Source: Geosiphon pyriformis uo1
Lineage: Eukaryota; Fungi; Glomeromycota
Reading direction: 5' to 3'
NCBI GenBank assembly: GCA_016748015.1
Contig: JAAOMT010000025.1
Location: forward strand, 23,133 to 87,132
DNA length: 64,000 bases
Positions 26,101 to 39,309 of this stretch are shown here, in pieces (positions within the stretch are counted from its first letter, which is position 1; each line of letters starts with the position of its first letter). A program made the translations under genes and the position numbers. The notes beneath the pieces were generated by a model. It searched no databases, was not told the DNA's origin, and saw only the letters and a list, made by a program, of their open reading frames with translations.

Positions 26101-29100
26101 AAGACAAGGTTTATTATCCCATTTTCGCTGTCTTTTTTGGTGTTCAAATTGTTCTATAACATATAGGCAACAATAAAATTTTGTTGCTATAGAGTATTCC
26201 TTGTTGTCGTCACAGCATGCACTCATTGATAACAATTTTGGTTGGCAATAGTTAGATGGCTGGGGTAAAAAGTAAGCATATTGGTTATAAGTGATGGTTG
26301 GTGTCAGATCTTCTTTCTCTTTTTTCTCTTTTCTCTTATTGTTATCTTTTTTCTATTCCCAAGTTGTTATTAGTTTGGCTTGATTGTTGTTAGTTTCCCA
26401 GACTTGGTCGGCACTCTAGATAAGTTTTTTTTTTTCTTTTTTTTTCCCTTATTGTTATCCCAAGAGAGTATTAGTAGTAGCTTGTTGTGGTTCTCATCAG
26501 TTCAAGAGACTTGGTATGCTTCTCAGGTAAATTTTTTTTTCTTTGTCAAATTCAATGAGTAGTACTGGTGGGTTAGTGGTCTTGAAATGACCACACATGG
26601 CTGGTACACATGTGTATTGATTGTTCTGGCTCAGTTAGAGCTCCTGTGTGATCCAATTAAGGGTTGTATTTGTTTTAAACAGCCAATTATTACCAACAAG
26701 TGCTTTGTATTGAGTGGCTTCCATTACTAGAACTTTAATTGGTATCATAATGCCATTGACTTCAAAAGGGAAGTTGTTGATCTTGCCGATAGAAGTTTTT
26801 GTAGCTCCATCTGCTGTAATAATTTTGGCACTGGCAGTGCAATCAACTTGGCAACCTAATTGGTCCATGAGTTGTCTTGTAATAATGCTGCCAGCTGATC
26901 TACTGTTTAGGATCAGTTTGATGGAATGGCCATCAACTTTGGCATCAGTGTACATAGCAGTAATAGGTTTTTTTTCAAGAGTGGCTCCACTAAATAACAG
27001 TATGGTTGATGGTTTCTCAAGTTCAAATTGGAAGATGGCATCTAGTAATTTGTTCTTGGTAATAGTAGTTGGTGGAATGTTGTTGGTTAGTGTTGATTGT
27101 TGGTTGGTTTCTAGATTATTGGGTTGAACATTTTTTGGGGAAACCAAAAGACTTAAATAGTATTGAAAATTCGGGTTTTGGGTGTGCCCAGTTTCTGGAT
27201 TCTAAGAACATAATTCTGTTGGTTGGTGAGAGGAACTGGAGATCAGTTGATGAACAATCATCACCAATCTCCAGTTTTGAGTGACTCTTAATCTGAGATT
27301 TCCTGATGTCATTTGAGCTGGGTTTGGTGGCAGTGCTTGAAGTTGCTAAGATTGATAAATTACTGGTGGCTGTAGTTGATATATTGCTTGTGACTGTAGT
27401 TAATAAATTGGAGGTTAATATATAGATGTTTGAAAAATTGGCTGCTGCATCATTAACAGGTAAGTTTGATGATATGGCTCTGAGTTTGGTGGATTATTTG
27501 GAGTTTAAAACCGGCAATTGGGGTTTTGATATTAATTTTCTGATTATTGGTTATTTAAACAATAACAGCAGTCAATTTGTAGATGTTCTTGTTTACCACA
27601 ATAGTGACAAACATGCATTTCCTGTTGTCATTGTGGATTGGTTGATGTGGATGGACATGATTGATTTTGGAAACAATTAGAATTTCTCTGATTATTGTAT
27701 TACTGTAGAGGTTAATAGATTGCTTAATTGTTATTAACTAAGTATTTCTCTAATTTCTGATTGATTAATTTGCTAAATTGCTTCAATTTGGAATCCAAGT
27801 CAGATGATCTGTTCATTACTAGATTTACTGCTTAGGCATAGTTGGCTTTTAATTTAGTGGCTTCAAAGTCTCTGGTATTTGTGACAACTGCTTGCAGATT
27901 GATGAAATACATTAGACATACGTGTTGCAGGATGCTACTGCATAATTTGCGAATAAACTGATTTAGGATCTGGGCCACTGTAAAATAATTGGCATTAATG
28001 ACTTGGATCTGGTACAGATTCCTGTGAAAGTGCCCTAAGTAAGTAGTAACTGCTATGGTTTCTCTTTGTTTAATGGTAATGAAGGTGTTTGCTAGTCTGT
28101 TAATGCTGTTATTGTTGCTAAAATATCTTAAGAACTCAATTTTGAATGCATTGAAATCTTGGAGTTTGTTGACCAAGTTTTGGTACCATGAATTGGCAGT
28201 ATTTTGAAGAAAATATGAGATGACTTGCATGGCTCTGGTATTGTTCCATTCATTAGCCGTGATGGCTTTTTCTATGTTATTGAGCCATATTTGGACATCA
28301 TTTTCTTTGCTGGTAAACTTTTCGAGTTTTGCTATTGGGGCATAAGCCATTGGGTCCAAGTTTTGTTGTTGAAATGATAACTAGATTTGAGGTTGTGGTG
28401 GTAGTTGTTGTGATGGATTGGTAACAATAACTGGAGATAAGTTCAGATGATTGATTATATTAGAGTTTTGATTGTTTTGATTTGGTGGTGGTTGAATATT
28501 TGGAGTTTCAATTTTCAGATTTTCTAAATTTGTATTTTGCTAAGTCTGAAAGTTCAGAGTTTCAATTTCTGGGTTTTCAGCAATCGAGTTTTTGTAATTA
28601 AATTCCTGATTGTTGTCTTCCTTTTCTTCTGATTTGGTTATTTCTTATGGATTAGCTGTTCCAAAATTTGGTGGAGGTAACAGTGATCAAAATCCTAATG
28701 GCATAAGCAATTACGAATTAAATCACTCAAAATATTCACCATAAGTTCCTAATAATTCTGTTTTTTTTTGTTTACTTTAGAATGAAAGTTGTTTGAATGT
28801 TAATATCGCATTTGATGTGGACATGCCTGTTAATGTAATGTTAATGGCACTTTCAAGTATGTAGTGATATAATGGATTAGTTGGTGATTTAACTCTTGTT
28901 TTTTTCTAAATAAGTGGTTGTATTGTTTTGGGTGTTACCACTGATATTTGCAATCTTTTTTTGTCTTTGTCTTTGTAGATGATAGGGAATTGTTGTTGGG
29001 TATATTTTTCAATAGTTTGGTTGATTTCTCTGATGATTGGTGCAAAACTGTAGTTTCTTGGTAAGCTGGTATGTTGAAATAATTCTGTATAGAAGTTTTC

Positions 29101-29283
29101 TCTTGCTGATTCAATGTTAACTGTTTCTTCTAAGCAGTCTGTGATTTTATTGTTGACATAGAAGTTAAAGGCTAATTCTGTTGGAAAGTGATTATTGTTT
29201 AATCCTAATTGTTGGCTATATTGTTAAAACAAGAATTTGGCAAATTCTAAGTAGTTGGTTCCTATAGTTTCTGATTCTGCTAC
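23143..29283 (-). pseudogene. gag-pol: Gypsy-2 Gag-PR-Cys-rich-dUTPase-RT-RNase H polyprotein
   Basis: ORF pieces 27832..28359 (capsid), 26635..27147 (protease), 25996..26235 (Cys-rich), 24994..25368 (dUTPase), 23602..23856 (RT thumb) and 23239..23541 (RNase H). Ends IRQI* at 23143. Confidence 0.9.
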
Positions 29284-29346
29284 TTTTGGATGATTGTTGG
29301 TTGGTGCTGGTTCTCTGTAGGATTATACTTTATAAGGAGCACCAAA

Positions 29347-30186
29347 TGTTACAAGTGATTATTTGGAGTCTTAAATCAAATAACAAATTCGTAACTTGGT
29401 GCTCAATGTCTTGATTGATATCAGTTGTTGGAAGTGTTATAGATCTGAAGGTTTTGGTTGAGTCCTTTGTATGATAAACAGAGATTCAATGACAATATAG
29501 TTGGTTGGTAAGTTGTTTTCCCAATTTCTGTTTTCAGTATGGTGACCAGTTTATTCTAACAGTCATGCTTTTCTGGTAAGCTATTCATTAATATATATTT
29601 GTTATTACCCTTATCTCTGGGTCTTTTACTAGGCTATCCTTGACATCAATAACTCAGTGCTTTTCTTCTTTAATCAATTTAGTAAAACAAAGAAATAACA
29701 AAAAAAAATAAAAATAAAGAAACAAAGATAGAAAAAATAAACCAAGGCGTTTATAAGTTAGTATTCCATCAATAGCTATGATCAAGAGCTATTGTTCTAG
29801 TGTGGTTTAAGTATCAATTACTATCAACATAAAGTGTTAATAGTGGAGAGTAAATTGAGATAGTGAATAATTATTTATTGATATTTGTGATATAAATGGT
29901 TGTTTAGATCAAATCTAAAACTGAGAGATCTGGCTTTTCTACTTCTAATGCTACCACTATATATACATAATTAAGATTTCTCAATTTCTCAATTCCTCAC
30001 ACCAGAAATCCTGGAATTCCTGGAATCCTGCAATTCTTTTTAAGAAAAATCTTGGAATTCTGGAATTCTGCAATTTCTTGTATGAGAATTCTGAAATTCC
30101 TAGAATCTTGCAATTCTTTTTAAAAAAAATCCTGGAATTCCACATTTACTATGGCTACTTTTGATTGGCTAATTTCATAAGTAACA
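29347..30186 (-). repeat. Gypsy-2 5' LTR
   Basis: TGTTAC...GTAACA termini; adjacent to the PBS. Confidence 0.95.
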
Positions 30187-30389
30187 CCAGTTATATATAA
30201 TAAGTTTATAAGTCGCATTTAGTTTAAATTACTTGGTTTGGTCTTATGTATTAGATAGTAATTGGACTTCACTTAATAAATACAATTAATAAAAAATAAT
30301 AAAAAATTATTTTATTAAATATTATTAAGTAAACTTATTTATTAGCTTTTTAATAATATATAATTAAATTTTTATTAAGTTTAATAATT

Positions 30390-32673
30390 ATTTCTTTTTT
30401 TGTTTTCTTAATTTTATAATCATAATTAGAGTAAAGAATAAAAAAGCTGTACTTAATATCTTTCTTGAGATATCTAATAAAATTTTAACCAAAGAAGCTT
30501 TCTCTGTTGTAAAAACAGCTAAACAAAACGTTTTAGAAGTCTTTTTTTTACCCAGTAATTGTAAAAAGCTGTTTTTAGTAGTTGTTGAAGCATTTTTTTT
30601 ATCTTTGGCTGGTTTTTTATTAGTCAAAGTTCTTTTAAAAAAACACACTTAAGTTAGTCTTAGTGTTGCTTCTATTTCAACTAAAAGCCCAAAAGTTTTT
30701 AATAATAAACCAGTTAACAAGCTGGTTTTTCTCTTTATAGCTTTTATATTTAGTGTTACTAACACCATTTCTTCAAAAAATATAATTAAAAAGACCAAAA
30801 ATTCAAACAAGTGAGAGTAGTCACTTGTCTTTATTATTATTACACCAAACTTTTTTGTGGTTTCTAATGAAATCTTAGATGAAATCTTTGTTGCATTATC
30901 TAACATGTCATTCAAGATGGGCCAAAATCAATTACTGGCTGTATTGCCAAATATGGTGTTTTTTAGCAGATTATTACTGGTTTTAGAAACAAAGCAATTA
31001 TTTTTTATAGTATTATTTGTTCTTAAAAATTGGGCTGACTAAATAGAAATTGAATTATTTTCTTTGCTAGTTTCTGGTGCTACTACTAGTAATGTTTGGA
31101 AAACTATTTCTAGTTATTAAAAATTTGCTGGGTGAATAGCCTCTATTCTAATGCCTGGTACAACTTTTAAAATTAAGTTGATTTATATTAGAGATGTTTT
31201 TTAATCTGTACATGGTTTTTTGGATGTAAAATCTGTTTCTAAGAACAATATAAAGCTTTTCTGTATAAAGTTTGCTTTTCAAAACTCCCTAAATATTGTA
31301 TTTTTGGTTAAGCTTACAAGTTCTATTTATTTTGTTTTTCTTAAAATTGCCAAGTTTTTGGTAATTTCTGAGTCTGGTTTTTTTTCTGCTGCTGTTATAT
31401 TGTGTAATATAATATTAGGTGTGTTTACTGTTAATATTAAGACAGTTTTTGGTGTTTTTGGTAAAGTTCTCTGTGTTGTATTAAAACCTATTAGTGTTTG
31501 GCAATATATAATTGTTTACTTTAAAAAATTAAGTATTGCTGTATTTGTTTTTAGTCATTAATTAGTTTTGGTGAGTAAAAATAATGTTAGGATCTTTTTT
31601 TTAGTGAATCAAAGTGAAATTATTATATCTTGTAATAGGTTTAAGGCCAAGTAAATCAATCTTTTTTTTGGCTATACTGTTTTTGAAACCAGTAATATAA
31701 TTTTTTAATTCAGTTATTGTACATGTTTTATTTTTTATTCTCCTGATTCTGGTTATTATTCCTAGTTTGTTCTGCTTATGTTTAAATCTTAGGTCAATTT
31801 AGATACTGCTATTATTAAAACTGGTACACTAAAGAAGTATTATATCTGATAGAAAACTCCTGGTTGTTAATGCTGTTTTAGATGTCAAAAAATGAGCCAT
31901 TTAATTATAAACTATAAAATTTTTCCACTTTTTTCTTTCAAAACTTCCAAGATATTTGCTCTATATTTTGTGAATATGAAGTTTTATGTTAAGATGTTTG
32001 CTCTTTTAAGCTTTTCTGAATTCTTTTCATTAGTAACTTTTATTTTTTTTTAAGATTAAAGATAATTTTTTGATTTTGTCTTGGCTGATGTCTTTAAAAT
32101 CTGATATAACCAAGTTGTTAACTTTAGTTAAGTTAATTGTTAAGCCTATTAAATTTTTGGTTATTATTTTGAACAGTTTATTAAAGATAATTTGGTTTTA
32201 AGCAATATTTTTAGTCTTAAAATTAATAAATTTATAATTTATTTGAGTTATTTTAACAAAGTTGTTGGTAAGTTAGGAAGAAAAATAATTTTACTAAAAA
32301 AAAAGTGTTATATAGAGGATGTTAACATGTTTGGTGACTTGAATTATCTAATTGGTATTAATGATAATATATTTTCTAGTTTGATGTTTCTTTGAACACA
32401 TAACCCTAATAATGATAAGATTAATCTCTTAAAAACAACTGAGTAATAGATTGAATTAGTTTCTTATAGTATTTAATTATTTAATATAATTTAAAGAATA
32501 TTAGCTTTAAGTAAGTTTACTTTTATTGTAGCAATATAATATAGTTTAAACTGGTTTAAATAGCTAATTATATATAGAAAATGTGTGAACTATATTTAGC
32601 ACTAGAATATTTAGTTTGTTTCTAATTCTTAAATAGTGATTGGACCATTCTTATTAAATCTTCATAAAAAAAA
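30390..32673 (+). mobile_element. ORF1-only non-autonomous non-LTR element (HAL1-like), copy 1
   Basis: One decayed ORF (about 30422-32539) resembling LINE ORF1 (FQSVHGFLDVK, IWQYIIVYF, CFRCQKMSHL knuckle, coiled coil). It is followed directly by the LINE-type 3' UTR and poly-A, with no endonuclease or RT. Confidence 0.8.
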
Positions 32674-33238
32674 TAATAATTATTAATTATACAATTAATA
32701 AAAAAATATAATGACTTTTTTATTTATAACTTTTTAAAAAAAAATTCTATTTTTTATTAGTAAAAATATAAACAAAATTATTCTAAAAAACTTTTTGTTT
32801 CTTTAATTTTATGATCATGACCAGAGCAAAAAGTAAAAAAGCTATATCTGATATTTTTTCTAAAATATCTAATAAAATTTCAACCAGAAAAGTTTTTTCT
32901 GTTGTAAAAACAACTAAACAAAATATTTAAGAGGTCTTTCTGTTACTTAGTAATTGTAAAAAGCTGTCTTTAATAGCTGCTAAAGCATTTTTTTTATCTT
33001 TGACTGGTTTTTTACCAGTTAAAATTCTTTCAAAAAAACACACTTGGATTAATCTCAGTATTGTTTCCACTTCAACTAAGAGCCCAAAAGTTTTTAATAA
33101 CAAACTAGTTAACAATGTTACCAGACGAAATTAGAGATATCATTTAGCATAAAACTATCTTATAATTCCTATCATTAATTAGCATATATTATCGTTCAAA
33201 TTATCACTTATTACATTAGCAAAAAAAAAAAAAAAAAA

Positions 33239-34197
33239 NNNNNNNNNNNNNNNNNNNNNNNNNNNNNNNNNNNNNNNNNNNNNNNNNNNNNNNNNNNNNN
33301 NNNNNNNNNNNNNNNNNNNNNNNNNNNNNNNNNNNNNNNNNNNNNNNNNNNNNNNNNNNNNNNNNNNNNNNNNNNNNNNNNNNNNNNNNNNNNNNNNNNN
33401 NNNNNNNNNNNNNNNNNNNNNNNNNNNNNNNNNNNNNNNNNNNNNNNNNNNNNNNNNNNNNNNNNNNNNNNNNNNNNNNNNNNNNNNNNNNNNNNNNNNN
33501 NNNNNNNNNNNNNNNNNNNNNNNNNNNNNNNNNNNNNNNNNNNNNNNNNNNNNNNNNNNNNNNNNNNNNNNNNNNNNNNNNNNNNNNNNNNNNNNNNNNN
33601 NNNNNNNNNNNNNNNNNNNNNNNNNNNNNNNNNNNNNNNNNNNNNNNNNNNNNNNNNNNNNNNNNNNNNNNNNNNNNNNNNNNNNNNNNNNNNNNNNNNN
33701 NNNNNNNNNNNNNNNNNNNNNNNNNNNNNNNNNNNNNNNNNNNNNNNNNNNNNNNNNNNNNNNNNNNNNNNNNNNNNNNNNNNNNNNNNNNNNNNNNNNN
33801 NNNNNNNNNNNNNNNNNNNNNNNNNNNNNNNNNNNNNNNNNNNNNNNNNNNNNNNNNNNNNNNNNNNNNNNNNNNNNNNNNNNNNNNNNNNNNNNNNNNN
33901 NNNNNNNNNNNNNNNNNNNNNNNNNNNNNNNNNNNNNNNNNNNNNNNNNNNNNNNNNNNNNNNNNNNNNNNNNNNNNNNNNNNNNNNNNNNNNNNNNNNN
34001 NNNNNNNNNNNNNNNNNNNNNNNNNNNNNNNNNNNNNNNNNNNNNNNNNNNNNNNNNNNNNNNNNNNNNNNNNNNNNNNNNNNNNNNNNNNNNNNNNNNN
34101 NNNNNNNNNNNNNNNNNNNNNNNNNNNNNNNNNNNNNNNNNNNNNNNNNNNNNNNNNNNNNNNNNNNNNNNNNNNNNNNNNNNNNNNNNNNNNNNNN
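33239..34197. other. Assembly gap (N run) hiding most of the Gypsy-3 5' LTR, PBS and gag start
   Basis: The Ns begin inside the LTR poly-A tract, which is seen intact at about 41611-41642 in the 3' LTR. Confidence 0.99.
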
Positions 34198-34199
34198 AT

Positions 34200-37100
34200 T
34201 TTACATCACTCAGAAGTCCTACCAGACAACAAGAACCCCTTCAAACTAGTTCCAATCTTCTTGATTTTCTAGCTGAAAATCAAAGTGAACACTTTGAGAC
34301 AGCAGCAAACAAAGAAAACAACTCTGAAATAACTGAAAAAGAATCAATAGACAGTGAAAAGGAAGAAGACAAAATGACAACATACATTGCAAAAATCTCT
34401 GAATTTAATGGAGAAGATATTGAGACCAGTCCCCAAGAATGGCTTGACCAAGTTACTAAAGCTGGAGATGCAAATGAATGGAATGCTGCCAGAATGTTAA
34501 GAACAATTTCCTACTTTTTCAAAGGAACAGCAGGAGAATGGTTTGAAAACTTGGCTGCCTCATTCAATGATTGGAACGCTTTCAAAGCAGCCTTCCTTGA
34601 ACAGTTCACCAACAATAACACCTCCATTACTCTTCGCAATTGTTTTCGAAATATCAAACAAGAACCCTCCGAATCCATTATAACTTATATTGGGAAATTC
34701 AACAAACTTCTCAGACGAATTCGCCAACTCGAGACAAATGATTATTATTCCGATGCTCAAATCTTAGATCAATTTATTGCTGGTCTAAAAGATAAACTAA
34801 TTAAAAAGGTTTACCTACATGTGCCAGAAGATTTAAACTCTGCTATACAGCATGCGAAAAGATACGAAATGGCCATAAAAGAGGCCAACTGCACAAAACT
34901 TATAAATTTGGCAATTGGAGAAACCAGCTCAGCAGCTGAGGAAAAAATTGACCAACTCACTAAGAAGGTTGAAAACTATTTCACCAATCAACAACAACAG
35001 CAACCCCAAAGATATCAACCACCCCAAAGACGAAATCAAAATAACTTTGCACCACTTTCCAATAACCAGCCTTAGAATTGCCATTACTGTGGAATCTCTG
35101 GCCACTGGAAAAGAAATTGCAGAAAGCTACAACGAGACCAACAAAATAGGAGTAATCAATGTTACCCTCTACCACAGCAATCTTATTATCAACTGCCACC
35201 ACCAGCTTACTATCCATTAAGACTCCAATACCAAAATAACTATTATCAGCCCACCCCACAGCCAATCCCACAGCAATACCAACAACTGCTCACACAACAT
35301 TATCAAGTACCTGCTCGAAAACTGCTTACACAAAATTAATTCACACCACAAAACTGATACCAAGCAAACAACAATAGAATCAGTTCAAACAACCAATTGG
35401 TTCCCCAAAATACCACTCAACCAAGACCCAACCACTACCACACTCAATCCAGTTATTTAACAATGCCAGAAGAACAGGATTTTCACTATACTGCACTCTC
35501 AGAAGGTAGAGCTGTAGCACAACAACAAAACCCTTCCTATACTCCCACCACAATTTCACCAGCCAGAATCGCTGAAAATGCTAACCTTTCAGATATATTC
35601 CCTTTTGAGTTCGAAGCAAATGAGTCACCATTTCTGCTTAGCAATGCAGCTGCCAATAAACAAAAAGCAATCACGGCCATGTACACTGAAACTGAAGTCG
35701 AAGGAAAAACAATTCGCTTGATTCTAGACAGTGGATCCACCAGAAGCATTATCACCTACCAGTTAATGCAACAGTTGAAAAGAAATATTGACTGACCAGC
35801 TCAAACAGTAATCGTCACTGCCAATGGCATGAAAAAGACCCCAGTAGGAGAAATTGACAATTTTTTATTCACTCTTAATGGAATCATCATTCCAGTCAAA
35901 GTTCTTGTAATGGACGCACCCCAATACCAAGCTCTCATCGGAAATGATTGGCTTCAAAAAGCCAATGCTAATCTGAATTGGGAAACACAAGAGTTAACAA
36001 TCTCTTACCAAGGACAACATGCCCGAGTACCTGCCATTTGTGGTACATTCAACAAACACTCTGAAAAAGCCCCAGCTTTTGAATTCGAACCAGAAGAGAA
36101 AAAACCCCTCATTAAAACATTCATGGCTCTTGGATCAACGTCCAACTGGGCCAATGAAACAGAACAAGAACATTTTACCCCACACTCTGAACCCGAAACC
36201 TTTGGATGGAATATATCTTACTCAAAACCCGAACCAAGGAAACAACACCCCTATATTTCCCTTAAATATAAGGACTGCCACAAGAAACTATCATTAATGG
36301 GAGCCTGTATTTCACCTGAAAAAGAATATGAAAATCATACTTGTTATTACTGCAAGGCTTGCCACAGAAAATGATGGGGCCATCTAATAAAAAGGAGCAG
36401 AAAATGGGACAACACCCCTTGTTTGACTTGTGGAGATATGCTACTGGAAGAATGTAATTAGATTGATGTAGCCATAAGAGGAGGAGTCTACAATCAGACC
36501 TGCCAATATGCTTTATCAATTTCAGAAAAAGTAAAAAGAGGAACACCCTTTAATACAGCATACAACAGTGCTCTCAACAAACTTTATCACTACTCCCATG
36601 ATGCCAAAATGATTTTTGACCTAGCAATGGCATTAATTAATGAAGCTACCAAAGAAGATGTTTGCCAAATGAAGGAAGCAAAATACATTGAATACATCAT
36701 GGAATTAGCTGGATTTGATTACGAAGACAAAGTAGAAGTCTACCACCAAATCGCAAGTCACACCTACCCAATCCAAAAAGCTCAAATTCAATGATTAGAG
36801 CAAATGAACATTAGGCTATGTGAAGAATGTATTATGCCTTGTAATGAACAGTGGTGTCCTGAATGTTATGCTCTTAGCATTCTCTTGCCCAGTGAAAATG
36901 ATGAATACAAAATTAAATTTGGAGAACTTGAAGTAACAGAAGAAATTGAGACAACACCCATCTATCTCATCGAAAATCAGCCTGCTTTACAACTCAAATA
37001 TTTCAACAACAATGGACAAGGAATAAAACCAGAAAAAGCCCACGAGATCGATGCTGGATATGATCTAAGATATCCAGGAAAAGATACTCTTACTCTCAAA

Positions 37101-39260
37101 CCCAAATCTCTCACAAAAATCAACCTCAAAATTGCTCTCAAAATCCCACCAGGAGCAATGGTTCAAATTGCTTTTCGATCATCCTTGGCAAGCAAAGGAA
37201 TCAATATTAGAGGAGGAATCATCGATGTTGAATACACAGAAAACATCACAGTTATGTTACAAAATGAAACTGATAAACCTTTCAAAATTGGATATGCTGA
37301 AAAAATTGCACAAGCTATCTATCTACCCTTAATCAACATTTCGAGTTTACAATTAGTTAATCAAAAAGAACAGTTGGGAAAAAGTGAAAAAGGAACACAA
37401 GGTTTTGGTTCAACTGGACGTTTCACAGTTTCAGTAAACATAGCTCTCAATAAACAGAAAGAATCTCACCAGATTTTACAACTTCCACAACCAATTACCA
37501 TTTCACTCTTTGAAGAACACCCTGAAATTTACATTTGTGAAAAGCCAACAACCACACAACAAATTTTTGAATCAAAAGAACAAATCTGCTTGAAACATAA
37601 TATCTCGATCCCAAACATTTATATTCCAGTAGGAACAAAGAAAGTCCGAGTTACTTTTTACAATCCCAACAATTATCTCATAGTTTTATTAAATAACTTA
37701 GAAATTGAAATTATTCACAGTAACATATTTTAACAAGAATTATCCCAAACAGTCCCCAATTTTTCTGAAATTATTGAACATTCACTACTAAAAATCAATC
37801 CAAATCCCAGCTCCGAAAACTACTATGTTGTCATGGAAAAACTATCTTGAATCAACATGGGACAACTTGAACCACAACAACAGACCCAGCTTAAAGAACT
37901 AATTGCAAAATTTGCTGATATCTTCGCTGAAAACAACAATGACTTAAGAAGAACTGATTTGGTCCAACACCAAATTTATACAGGAGATGCCAAACCAAGA
38001 AGACAACAAGCATATCGAGTTGCTCCAAAAAGCCACCAATTTATTCGAGAAGAAGTACAACGGATGCTTAACAATGGACTTATCCAACCATCAATGAGTT
38101 CATGGGTTTTACCAGTGGTCTTAGTTAAAAAGAAGAATGGAAAGATACGATTTTGTGTTGATTATCGACAACTCAACAGTGTTATCATTGGGGATGCTTA
38201 CTCTCTTCCACGAATTGATGACATGTTAGATGTCCTTGGAAAATCTAAATACTTTTCAACATTAGACCTAGAAAGCGGATACTAGCAAGTTGCCATGGAT
38301 CCCAAGGACCGCCCCAAAACAGCATTCACAACACAAAGAGGAAACTACAAATTCAATATAATGCCCTTTGGATTATGCAATGCGCCAGCAACATTCCAAA
38401 GACTCATAGATGTTGTATATGCTGGACTCCTTTGGAAATCAGTAGTTGTCTATCTTGATGACACTGATGTTTATTCCCCATCTTTCGGACTTCATTTAAT
38501 TCACCTGCGAGAAGTTTTTCAATGATTACGTAAAGCAGGATTAAAACTAAACATTGAAAAATGCCATTTTGGAAAAACAAGTTTGGCCTTTCTTGGTCAC
38601 ATAGTTAGTGAAGAAGAAGTCAAACCAGATCCAGGAAAAATCAGTGCTGTTAAAAACTTCAAAGTTCCACGAAATACTACAGAACTAAGAGGATTCATAG
38701 GATTAGCATCTTACTATCGGAAGTTTATCAAAGAATTCTCGGAAATTGCAAAACTCCTTAACCAGCTCACCACCAAAAACATGGAATACAAATGAACTAC
38801 CGAACACCAAAAAGTTTTTGAAATTCTCAAGGAAAAACTGACAACAGCCCCAATTCTTGCCTACTCGGATTTCAGCAACCGATTTTGACTAGCTACAGAT
38901 GCTTCATATACTGCCTTTGGTGCCATCTTATCACAACTAGATGACAATGGAAATGAGTGAGTAATTGCTTATGCTAGCAGAACATTAAAACCAGCTGAGA
39001 AAAACTACCCTGTCATAGAACTAGAAACAGCAGCCATAATTTGGGCCTTACACTACTTCAACCTTTATCTTAGGCCTAAAGAATTCAATATTATCACTGA
39101 TAATATTGGACTCAAATGGCTTTAGAACAAAAATGCTCAGCTGAATGCAAAACAAATCTGATGGACAGGATTTCTAGCAAATTATTGATACATAGTACAT
39201 CACAAACCAGGAAAACTTCACACCAATGTTGACTGTCTCTCCAGAATGAGACAAGATTAG
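34200..39260 (+). pseudogene. gag-pol: Gypsy-3 single-frame Gag-PR-Cys-rich-dUTPase-RT-RNase H polyprotein
   Basis: ORF pieces at 34374, 35397, 35829, 36609, 36804, 37857, 38295 and 38583 are all in one frame, broken only by point stops. Motifs: CHYCGISGHWKRNC, LILDSGST, YLDD, TDAS...ELET...NVDCLSR; ends MRQD*. Confidence 0.95.
36993..37420 (+). CDS. dut: Trimeric dUTPase domain within the Gypsy-3 polyprotein
   Basis: All five dUTPase motifs in canonical order: AGYDL, RSSLA, GGIIDVEY, IAQ, KGTQGFGSTG. Equivalent domains at about 14580-15010(+), 24970-25400(-) and 62075-62466(-). Confidence 0.95.
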
Positions 39261-39309
39261 AAAACAAAAACCAACACTTAACTTAACCAACCAAAAGAGC
39301 CAACAAACA

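Larger units (their letters stand above)
20185..30186 (-). mobile_element. Gypsy-2, full-length family A element on the minus strand, inserted in the LINE B 3' UTR
   Basis: Perfect 4-bp TSD ccag (20181-20184 and 30187-30190). LTRs at 20185-21048 and 29347-30186, PBS at about 29328-29344, PPT at about 21049-21063. Confidence 0.95.
3504..30297 (+). mobile_element. LINE copy B, full length but interrupted by Gypsy-1 (9762-19836) and Gypsy-2 (20185-30186)
   Basis: The 5' end cttatttttttcttatgtctaaattttcc matches the 5' ends at 55191(-) and 56055(+). ORF1 and ORF2 remnants follow, and ORF2 resumes at 19841. The 3' UTR is split at ccag and resumes at 30191, ending in an A-rich tail at about 30290. 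Confidence 0.9.

Noticed and set aside
34200-39260. Alternative genetic code or programmed readthrough explaining the many in-frame stops
   Set aside because: All three stop types occur. They fall at different positions in sister copies and align with CAA, CAG, CGA or TGG codons, so they are mutational decay.
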